Shown here one piece after another: positions 38,601 through 50,000 of a stretch of 64,000 nucleotides of DNA. The notes under the pieces were generated by a model. That model had not been told where the DNA came from. It saw nothing but the letters and a program-made list of their open reading frames with translations, and did no database searches. Position 1 is the stretch's first letter, and the number at the start of each line of letters is the position of its first letter. A program made the position numbers and the translations under genes. This stretch comes from Raillietiella orientalis (Eukaryota), in contig JAYWIR010000088.1 in the NCBI GenBank assembly GCA_036172245.1, forward strand, positions 62,001 to 126,000. Reading direction: 5' to 3'.

Positions 38601-41600
38601 AAATCCAGATTTTTTACTCAATATTCTTCAGAGACAAGGTCCAGCCCAAGCAATGCCATGGCTTGCTGATCTTGTAGAATCTAATGAAAGTGCTGTTCAT
38701 CTTTTGCCAATACAGTGCTTATGTGAATTTATTCTAAATGATAATGTAGATTATTCTGGTTACGATTCAGAATATGAATCGAGCAAGGAAGGAAGAACAA
38801 AGAAAAAATGTTTTCAGAAAAAGGAACAGTTATTAAGATATATGCAAGAAATGATACACTCTTCTGAAACAGATCCCCAGTCTGTATCAGAAATTTTAGA
38901 ATACTTTTTGCAGCGATTGAGCTCACAGCATTCAAGTTCACGTCAGCAAGCAATTTTAGGGTTGAATAATTTATTTTGTTTGTATAAAGAAGATTTTGAT
39001 TCTTTCTCAAAAGAAAAGCCACAGCAAGATAGAGATATGCTTTCTAAGGAAACCTGGCTTGATTTTATTCCACATATTCCACATTTTAATGCAATCCATG
39101 GATCATTAATTGCAGCTTTGAGACAAGCATGTCAGGTTGAAAATGATGTAACCATAATTGCCTCATATATACATTTTATATCGCTATTCACAGTAAATGA
39201 TTCCCTTCAACAGATGTTTGATCTAACATTGGATATGGCGCAATTAATAGTTGAGAGAAATACTGTGATTTCCTTTTTGCTTCCTGAGAAACAAAAAAAC
39301 CAGAGTGAAATAGCACATCGGACTTTACAAGATTTATTATGTATATTCCTGTGGTATATGGAAAAGGCCAGGGAGCCTGACAAAGAGTCTTTTTCATGGT
39401 CTGAATGCCAAGATCAAATCATTGTACAATGGAGTTCTGGAGAAACAGCTACTATGCATATTTTAGTTGTTCATGCAATCATAATATTGCTTTGCTATGG
39501 TTCTCGGAATGAAGACCGTTCTTTCACTGAGTTGTTAGAAATTTGGTTCCCTTCTCATGGTCAGCCGCCAGTAGCATACTTGATTGATACAAGTGAAGAG
39601 GCTTTACTTTTTCCTGATTGGCTCAAGCTACGAATGATCAGATCTTCTGTTCCAGCGTTGGTAAAAGTAGCATTAAAAGATTTAGAGACACCTCAGTTGT
39701 TATTGTTTATACAATCATTTGGTATTCCAGTTGAAAATATGAATCAGCTTCTGTTTGCATTGGATAATGCTGTTAGTTTGAACCCTGATGCTATCAATGT
39801 CTCTGTCATGGATAAAAGTTACATGGCTCATCTTGTTGAAGTTCAGCACATGAGAGGTGCAGTAGGTGGTCATAAATTTATGCAGAGTTTGGGGATTCGG
39901 ATAGACAGTCCTGACACAGAAGAGCACATAATTCCTAATCCTTCAAGCAACTTTGTTGTTCTGAAAAAGGAGAATCCCAAAGTAATTATGGATAATGTTT
40001 CCGCAATATTAAAGCAGATATTTGTGGAAAAATCTTACTTACATGATTACACTTCGTATCAAAATTTCAAAAATATCCAAAAAGAACTCTTAAAGGATAA
40101 GAGCTTTTCTTATGTGTGCACTATTTTGAGGTCAGTGATTAACATTTTAAAAGGGCCTGATGCAAACAGCTTCATTAATGGCATGCATGAAAATCACATA
40201 ATCGCATCCAGTTTTTTTCATATTTTAATTAGTGTGGAGTGTAATTCCCCCAACGCAGTAAAAGAGCTTTTCTCAGAGTTTTTGAAACTTATTAAAGATT
40301 CTCCTAGTAAGATGACTTCTCCATCAAGTATTTTGATACAAACTTTATTCAACAAAAAGATAACCAAAAAAATCAAAAAAAAAAATTGGCTTTCAAACTC
40401 AACCTTCGAAATCAAGAACTTTCTTCAATTTACAAATATCTTTAGTTTGGAATTTGCTTTGAAGGAACTCATACAATCAGTTTTTGGGTGCCAGGACATA
40501 GAAAAAGTGATTTTGTCAATTACTGAAATAATCCTTAAGAAAGATTCCTCAAAGGAAAACAAGTCCATATTTTCTAATGCAATATTATTCGATTGGCTAG
40601 AATTGTTAGATCCAGAATTAATACATTCCTGTTCAGATAATGAATTACAATTGATATTTTCGAAAGAGACGATTGATAAATCGAAAACCCTGCAAATGTC
40701 ATCCCAGTCACACCAGCTTTATTTTTTATCTTTACTAATCCATAACTGTTCATGGTTAACGCTGCAGAAATGCATAAAATTGATCTTATGTGATTGGAAA
40801 CCAATTTTCGATTCTACGAGTGTGTTAGATTTTCTTTCTGCCTGTATGTACATTCCAAAACTTTGGAAAGGTCGTGATAAGCATATACCAAAACATTATA
40901 TGCCAGAAAATATGCTTATTCTGCATCATTATGAAATCCTCAATTTAATAAAATATATTCTTGAAGAAGCAGACAATTGCGAGACCACATCTAATGCAAG
41001 TATCACAATAAAAAATAGAATTCCTTTAATCCTAAAATGTTGCACCAATCCCAAAGTATTATGCTCAATTGTGTTACATCTAAGTGATACTGCATCAACC
41101 TCTAATGAGAAACATCAGAGACTGTGCTGCCTCTTATTGTGTCAGTTATACATCAAAGTTCCATCAGTGATCAATGATTTTTCTGATAACATTGTGACAT
41201 ACCTGTTTAAAGAAATCAAAGTACAAACGTTTACAGATATGTCTTCAATATTTGATATATTTTCACACAATTTATTGACTGCATTGTCAGTTACCGAATC
41301 TGGTAAAGATTGTTTGATGAGAATGCAAGATTATGAACTTGCATTTAGAAAGTTAGCTGCAACACACCCAGTATTTATATTGAGGCAGCTCCCTTTACTT
41401 GCAAATTTGTTGCATGGAAGAGTCTATCTTGAATTCAGTATATTTAAGGAACAAAATCATATGATGCTTTTCATTATAGTAATTGGAATTGTGGAATTGT
41501 TGCAACCGACAATTTGTTTTGATCATTATAAGAATTCATTTGAAGATTTGTTGGAATCCTATTTTATGTTTTTTAAGGTAGGTAAAAGTAAACTCTTTTT

Positions 41601-43835
41601 AATGGTTACAGTTGTTGATTGGGAAATAGGTTTACATGAGTGATAATGAGGAATCCTTATAATGCAAAAAAATTATTTCAAGTAATTTTTTATGCTTTCA
41701 ATTCAAGTGTAGTTTCAAATAGGCAAAAAAAAAAAGCTCATCATGGTCATAAAATAATACCATTATGAATGTGTTAAGATGAATGTTAAAATTTTTCTTC
41801 TAAACACCATATGGTAATATGGTGCATTAGCTGCTGAAGTTATTTTTGCATTTGTTCTTTAACTAAGTGGATGTATAGGTTTAATAAATTTTAATACATT
41901 CATAATTGTACTTATATATTTTTTTAATGAATGAGCTAGACCAATGAGTTGGTTTAGAGATCCCCTAAAATACATGCACTTAATGCACATTAATTATATC
42001 AGATGTTAAGCTGATAAAGTTCAGCTGTTTCTAGTGTGAATTCATTGAAACTGCTGAATTTATAAGATGCACAAAGAAACTGTTAAAACTTCTATGGGTT
42101 TAGAAGCTTTCTGTCTACTTATGAGGCTACACTTATAGTTTTAGCCATGAAAAGCAGGAACTATTAGTAGTATGGAATTGATGGTGTTTAGGGGGACAAA
42201 TTCTTGGTTTAATTTTTCACAGGAAGCAAGCTAGGAGCATGTATTTCCTCATAAAGAAAAAGTTGATAAGTCTTAATTCTTGCAAGGAGAATTGGTTATT
42301 GCAAGCTAAATTTTAAAATGATCAGTTAAATCATGCTTGCTAAGAAAGCCTTACTTTAATGCATTTATGCATTAAGTTTCATTTATGCTTCTTTACCTTG
42401 TAGTTTTTGTCATTGCTTAGAAAAATTAGCTACATATTCATTTTGTTAAAGAACTTTGAGTCTTCATGTTTTTGTTTGTACAAAGATGTTAAGAGTCGTA
42501 TCTCAAATGTGTTTGATGCATGATGTTGCATGCAAAGTTTTTGAACTTCGTTTGGCTCGAGATTTTTTCTTAACCTAAGAAATATTACAAGTAAAGTATT
42601 ATAGATTTTTATGGTAAATTTCCTAAATGATCACATTTGCTACTGTGATTTGTAGATCATCCAGCAGTTTAAAAATTGAAAAGTAAATGCCTCAAATTGT
42701 CTCATTACATATTTATGTATTTATTATGTAAAGCTAGATGTAGAGAATTTGAAGCAGGTGCTTATGTATTTATGCATCAGAAGTTCAGTTTATAAACATG
42801 ATTTACAGTACTTTGAATTAGTTACATTAAACTACTAAGACTGATCCGCCTTTTTTTTTCCTTCAAGTTTCATGGAAGGTCCCAGGAAATGCAAGTTGGC
42901 AGTTTGTTGAATAAATTCGTTTCTCTTCTAAACAATTATGCAAACATATCACAGACAAATGCAATCAAACTGATTCAGACAAATCTGCAGTTGTTGCAGT
43001 TAAGTATAACAGTGGATTCGCATCTTTTTGTGTATAAAAATGTAATTTTAGTGATATGTTTCGATACCATCCTGACTGCTTTTTACTTCGAACATTGATA
43101 CAAAACTTATCTATTGCACAAGCAGTACCAAGTACAAGATTCATGAGTGACAAGGAGAATCATGAGATTTCTTCACCATTATTTCGACAGGTGCCTAGAT
43201 TTCAGATGATAGCTGGCTTATCAAAGAGTGAATTAACTCCTTTGATTACAAGATTGCATGTGAGCAATACAGCTGAAGGTTTGCCAAACTTTCCATCATG
43301 TTCTTTTAAGATAATTGGTTACATCTTCCTGGAATAATTGCTTTTCATTTTGATATTCCAGAAATCCAGAGTGTGCTACAGGATGTGGATTATATTTCTA
43401 TGAAGCATGCTGAAGTTTTGGAATGCTTTGAGGTTGGTTAACAGAATCTTGGGGTCATTATGTAAAATCTTTATCAGGAAAAATTGAAAATCTTGATTTC
43501 ACATAAAAACAGAGAAGTTAGAGAGTCTGCACACATATTGTTGTTACGTCATCTTCATTGTAAACCATCATCTGCTCCTAGATGTTTCAATTCTTATTGG
43601 AACTGTTTGAATAGTGAGCACTGTGATATTGCATTTTCTACTTTAGAACACATCGGTGATGTAGTTGTGTTAGGTCAAGGTAAGATGTCAGCATTGTTTC
43701 AGTTTTTATACGTTCACAGAATATGCAAATGAATTACTGCAAAAAGTGTTTGATGTGGGCTTAAGGTTGCAGTTACATGTCTCTCCACACTTGACTGATG
43801 CATACAACTTACTAAATATGCAGACCGGATCTTGA
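35647..43835 (+). CDS. INTS1: Integrator complex subunit 1. Exon 1 is 35647-35806, giant exon 2 is 36245-41577, and five short 3' exons start at 42868
   Basis: N-terminal P.DFIALG.S, WPEDFIRLYADDSIGDRVWVD, WLQNPKL, NELSSNRNPNNM, DNWPPESER, YHHPENIALPPGYVPPKLAI..LYWKAW, DTSEEALLFPDWLKLRMIRS and ATHPVFILRQLPLLANLLHGR. The 3' exons splice in phase to TGA at 43833-43835. Confidence 0.96.
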
Positions 43836-44207
43836 AGCAAAAAAGAAAACTGTAATTGCTGTTTGTATTTTTCAAGTTAAATTGGACTTTATTTTTTTCT
43901 AATTACGTAGGTGTATACCAACCACAATCCTAGATCATCTTCGATCATGAATGTTTACTTTCCTGTGGGATCTGTCAGTTGTGACTTCCAGATTCAATAG
44001 ATTTATCAACAAATTTCTGTGTAGCAGCACTGGTGTAAGCATTATCTATGCTTCATTATTTGGATAACCAGAATCCCTGAATCACTGATCTCCATGAACA
44101 TCATAACATGTTTGTTATTAGTTGCATATCAAATGATTTTTTTGTCTTCATGGTTTTTCAAGCTGAATTATTTTTACAACTCATACTGGTGTTTACAAAC
44201 TCACTAT

Positions 44208-46281
44208 TCACGGAAGTGCTTTCTCATGTGATGTTTGACTTTCATCATCAGTAAATGAATGAAGACCTTTAATTGGAGATATACCAGGCGAAGGCAGTTC
44301 TTGAATTGAGATTACAGACATGTTGCTAATATCCTAATTACAAATATATATTACAATACATCACAAATGTTAAAGTGAAAGACCTGAGAGCATGCAAACT
44401 GCTCCTCATCACCGTCAAGTGTGATCTCATTCATATCAACTGTGTGCTGAAATTTGCATGTCTGATTCATGTGAGGAAAAAGTTTCCTTCTCAGTGATAT
44501 ACATGAAATATCGGATGCAACAGTACAATTTTCTTCCAAGTGTGCTTGTTTCATTTGCTGGTCCTAATAGGAAGAAGTAGAAAAACACATTAATCAAGGA
44601 TCTCCATTTTATAAATGAAACTTTGCCATACATCCCCAAATTAAAACATTACTCTAAATCAATGAAGTCATAATAACGTGCATGCATCATGTAGCCTTAT
44701 CTTTTCTTCAGTTAAAGTTGCTCTTCAAAATAATTACCTCAAAGAATGTGTGAAAGTTTTTCAAGATGTGATTTACTTCTTCTGAAAGATTCAGTGGAAA
44801 AGATAACTCTGTTTGAGTCCACACTAACAAACCAGACAGTAATGTTTATGATAGAATTTCTTCTTACCATTTCTTATATTAGATTTTCTTACTTTTGGTT
44901 TTAGCCTGACATTATAAAACCTGGCTGCAGGTGTGGCAGAGACATTTTCAAGTTTAGGGGAAATCCCTGGAGCCTGTGCTGAGCTTGAAGATGATGGCCA
45001 TGGTGATGGAACAATTTTGTTATTTTCAAAAAACCTTAACAAAATAATTGCAGTCAAACTGCAAGAATTCATCCAAAATAATCCAACCAACAAAGTAATC
45101 AAATAAATGACCAATTGTGTAGTTGAATAAGAATTTACTAAATGCATGCATTTGAGCACTTATGGTGATGCAAACTTCAGCTAAAGTGGGCACATCATTC
45201 ATTTATGAGTTTTATGTATTGGACATAAGCAATTCTTTGTGTTTCTGCAGTAACCCAGGAATAATAACAATCTATGTGCATCACAATTAGCAACACAAAT
45301 TTATACCTGTTTGTAATGATCTCTTGAATTCTAATGATTCTATTACAATAAGGTCATACATCATCAACGAGGTTTCCAATTAAAAACTATCAGTCATAAC
45401 AAATTAACAAGGAAATGCTTTCTCATTGAAAACAATCTTTGGAGCAAGTATCACTTGCTACTCTACTCAAACTCAGGTTTTGAAACATGAGTATGCTGTC
45501 ATGGTTCATGCCAACTATCCGTGCTATAATGAAAATCATTTGTACTGATGAAGGACTAAGTTATTGAGTAATGTGACTCAAGAAGACTTAATGGATTACA
45601 CAAAACCTTCAAATTAAATTGTGGTCGATGACGATCCAAATGGAATTATCAAAGTAAGGACGTTTAAAGTTCATTTTAAAATCAGCCCAAATGAATGTGA
45701 TTTAATTCATTCATCAAATATTCAGTTCTTTAGATCAAAAGGACTTCAAGAATTCAGTTTTAGTAATTCCAGTCAAGTAGTTTTGAACTTCCTGTACCAC
45801 ACAAAAAGAATTTATATGGGACAGACAGAACAAAAATGAACCAGGCCATTTTTTTTTTTTTTTTACAAATATTACTAGATTATGGAAGTTTACTTTTCAA
45901 TGGTTTCCTGAAGCTTATATTCTGTTTCTTCATCCAAGTACACGGTTCCAAAGCTGTTTGGTGATACTTCAATTGACACAGGATCAAGTATTGCTTTCTG
46001 ATCAATATTCCATGAAAACGTCGACTAAAACACATTGGAAACATCAAGTTGCAATCAACACAAATTCTTACACAATTGTCTTCGGGGCTATCCAACTGCG
46101 AGAAACTCGACGGTGTAAAGCAAAATTTATTGAGGTTCTCAATAGCTAATCTTTCAAGAGAATTTATATTTGAATTTGATTTTGAATAAGAAAAGTGACA
46201 TTGCGAAATCATAGAATGATCGAAATTTTCACTATGATATGAACTCTGTGTAGAATCGGAACTTGAATGACAGTTTGGCAT
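44208..46281 (-). CDS. BORA: Protein aurora borealis (Bora), 6 exons, apparently C-terminally truncated
   Basis: Spliced product contains FSWNIDQKAILDPVSIE, KLQETIEK|FFENNKIVPSPW, VWTQTELSFP, SLRRKLF and SPGISPI. These are hallmark Bora blocks (compare FRWSIDQ, FF...IVPSPW, QT.L.LP, SLRRKLF). The start codon is uncertain. Confidence 0.88.
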
Positions 46282-47084
46282 GTGTTCCGCATTAAAGGTC
46301 CACGATGGGAAGTTTTGTGAAATATCCAAATGCAAGCATTAAAAACCACCAAATCCACTACAGCATCGATCAGAAGCACACTCCCCAATCAAGAAAGCGA
46401 TACGGTCCAGGTTTGAATTCGTACCAAACGGCAGGGTTCCCAGGCAATAAACAGACCAGTTACACCCAAAGCAGTTGAGAAAAAATCCAATCATCGCAAA
46501 CAGAATGCTACCTTAAAGTTTATCTGAGAGATGGTACTTGCATCAGTTTTTCCTCTGGAACAAAGCCTACTACTATTTAATTACTTATTTTCCTGCTAAG
46601 GAAATCACCAGATACTGAACCACACTATTTCCAAAAATATAGAAGTCAGTACTCCCAAATTTTCACTAAAAAAATTTGGATCTTTTTGCACTCACAAAAA
46701 AGGAAGGACATAACATGCAACTAAAGCCTAAATTCCTCAAAAAAAAAAAAAGATTCAAGACATCTTCCCGTTTCAAATCTGATTACCTGAAACAAAATCA
46801 TAGCAAAAGAGCAAGAATGACACGATTTTCAAGACGTCCGTAAGTTGTATTTCAAGGATGCTTGCTTGTATATTCCATATTTTGAACGAGGATTGAGATC
46901 CTAAACTTGAGATCAAATGTATCAGTTCAAGGTCAGCTTTGGTCGATTTTCTTCGTGGGAGACACCCTCTAAGCGTATCTTCGGAAAAACAGAATGGTGC
47001 GATGAATATATTATAAGCAAAAAGAAAAATTTTTGTTCTCCTAAATAATTGGTTTACAAACCTTTCCCACCCTTCGCCTTCCAG

Positions 47085-50000
47085 ATGAGAACGCGATGGG
47101 TGGAAAGATATCAAACTCATAAGCACAGGGGCTTTGTTTCAGGATTAGAATGCTGTAAAATGCAGAAAATTCTTCAGAGTAGCAGAGAACAAACGAAATG
47201 GGACAATGGAGAAGATAATGATGGATGGAATCAAAAGAATTAAGGGAAACTGAGAGACGTTCCAGTCAACAACTCAACAGATGATTAGGTTCACTGTAAC
47301 TTTCCAGCGAGTACGAATGAAACGAATTTGTGCCCTCTGCAATGGACACCACTGAAAGAATGAAGGTGAAGCCAAGGTTTCAGCATACTGCGGTGGTTGA
47401 TGCTGAGGGCCCATTGCACTTGCCAGAAAGTCCAATCAAATGAAATCATGGCCCAGGAGGTGTGGCATGAGAAAATTTTTTAGTCCAAGGCAAATCGAAT
47501 CTTCAAAACAAAAATGCAGCTCTTCCATGAAGTTTCCACTACTTCAGCCAAGAAGAATGGTGTCTCCCAAAGAAGAAAAATTCCAAATAATATGCAACAA
47601 TACCTCATGGGAACCAAAGAAGGGTTGGAATGTGACAAGGATAAGAACCTGCTACTTCAGAAATAGTAAATATTGTCAAAAAAAAAAGCAAAAAAATCCG
47701 AACAAGAGTTCTCCCCGCTCAGAAGGCTGGTGGGTACTCCGGCACTGTAATTACGATACACCAAGAAGAAACGGTCTTCTGACTCCAATTTGCATTCTCA
47801 ATACTCAGTTGAGCTCCTTGGATGCAACACTTCGATCCGCTTTCCGTTGATATCTGAACGACCAATGACCGTTTCTTTTCTGAACAATTGTCGGCGTATT
47901 CTAAACGCAGCAACTCATGTTCTTGGAAGAATGACGCTTTGCACCTTGCAAATCTCTTCCGTCCACAGAATTCAGCGTCCAGCGTGCTGGTTATCCGGGG
48001 CTCCGTCGTGGCAGTTCCCTTCTCGAGCTGCATCTTGCGAGTGGTTGAGCGACTCGCGCCGAAGCCCCGACAGAAAGGTCAAATGACAAGCCGCTCACAT
48101 CTTAATGCATTCCTCATTTCTGTTTCAGGCAGAACGTGGAGCGCATCCATCTCTCCCTGCTCCTCCCTTTCCATGAGTACAGTCTTCCTCGCAAAATTGG
48201 CGTGCTCTCCGACAACAGCAACTGGACTCTCTTCACCTTGTCGACCCTGAAATCCGTGCAGCAGGTTCTTATTCCCACTACGAACATAGCACCCCTCCTT
48301 TTTGTTTTTGTTTGTTAATGCCTCTCAGCCTCAGAAAGGTCTAAGAAGCAGCCCGCGTCGGAGGCCTTGTGGTTAAGGCTTCCGCGCGTGGCACCATGCG
48401 TCGCGTGGTCGAATACTCTGGCGGAAACTGACGCCACTGAGCCGTTGGGTTCCGAGTTTCTCCTGCAACGGCGCTGGTTGGCCGAGACATTCGAGCGGGG
48501 CACCGGTGGTCGTTCAAGCCGGAGGTCCCTAATGAAGGCCGGAACAATGGGAGTTGGCCTTCGGATCCTTCCAGGAATCCAAGGAGTGGGGAGTTCCCCC
48601 TCTGGTCTTACAACGGAGAGCGGAACCCCCTTAGCGGGGGTACCCTTCCGGTTTCAACATGGAGCAGGAGGCCTCACGGGCACCTCTCCAGTTGTTCAAA
48701 GGAGCCGACCCTCCCCGTTGCGGGGGGACCCTCCGAGTCGTGGCCTCTTCACAGAGTGTGCACAAGGAAGCAAGCGAGAGCGATTCCCTGAGGGAAGCTA
48801 CAGCGCCCCTTTCGAGTTTCGGAAGCGTCCTTTCGGGATTCCCATCAGAGGAGTAAACAGGAGCGGTTCCCTTGCGGGTTCCCTCCGGAGAAGAAATTCC
48901 TACTAGCGGATCCTTTCCGGATTCCCTTCGGAGAAGTTGAAATGGAGAGGACAGCCCCTCCCCATTGGGGGGTATCACTCCGGAGAGAATGAGGAAGGAG
49001 ATTCCCTTCGGGGTTCTCTCTCGGAGACAACCAGGGTGGAGCCGCAGGTGGAGAGGCGTGGAAACAAAACAGTGTGTTTAAAAGGGCCACGTGCGCCGCG
49101 AGGCACGCGACCGGCTCTTGAGTCGCACTTAGCGAACCAAAACAAAGAAAACCCCAAGAAGCAGCTTCGCCGCTCGCAAAGTCAGCACTCACCTTTATCC
49201 CACTCTCCAGCAGAGAAACCGCGAACTCGGTTTAAGCGGTCCCTAGGTGCGCACCCTCAAGCACCTCAGGATCCGTTCCTCTAAGAATAAGCACGCGTCG
49301 CTTGAGAGGCAAGAAAGACACGAGCCCCGGTTCCGAAGAAGTGCTCGCGCGCGTGCTCCTGAGCATCGGCAGCCGACCAGAGGTCAGATTTATCCCTCAG
49401 GAAGACGTGCGTCCCGTTTTCACCAGGAACCCTGCCTATTAAGTTTACAGGGAAGCCGGTCTTTTATCCGCAAAGGGGTACACTCCAGATGCGAAGGTCG
49501 AGACTCATCCAGCAATGCAGAGTGAAGCGGGAAGAGCGGGAAGAACCCTTTGAAGAAGCCGCACCACAAGAAGCAATCGGAAACGCAATTTGTGCCGGAT
49601 CGATACCGGAGAAGAGCTGTGAGAAACATCATTACAGTAGCAGGTAGCCACTGCAGGATCCCTACTTTCGAATCGGAGGAGCGGTTCCGCGCCACACTGC
49701 TGATGTCGATGCTTCCCTTTTGGGAGACATCTTGGTCGAGAAAAGTGGGCCGTCTCTCCTAACGCCCTTACCTTATTGAAAAGTGAGGGGGGATTCTGCT
49801 CAACACTGAGTGAAGTGGAGAACTCCCCTACTGGACCCGATGAAGTCATTTGCATTGGATGAAGGTTCCCATTTCCCGAGGCATGCTCTTGTGCGGGACA
49901 TTTTCCGGCAGGATGATGAACTCTAGGAGGATTTGGATGGTTTTCCACAGCTGAAGACGAGAGCGACCATTGGCTGTCACTTCCGGAGAAAAGCGGCCGA

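Noticed and set aside
45306..45791. Exon-like pieces inside Bora intron 2
   Set aside because: The direct splice 45894 to 45034 already gives the conserved ETIEK-FF junction, and the larger piece has stops in all frames read.
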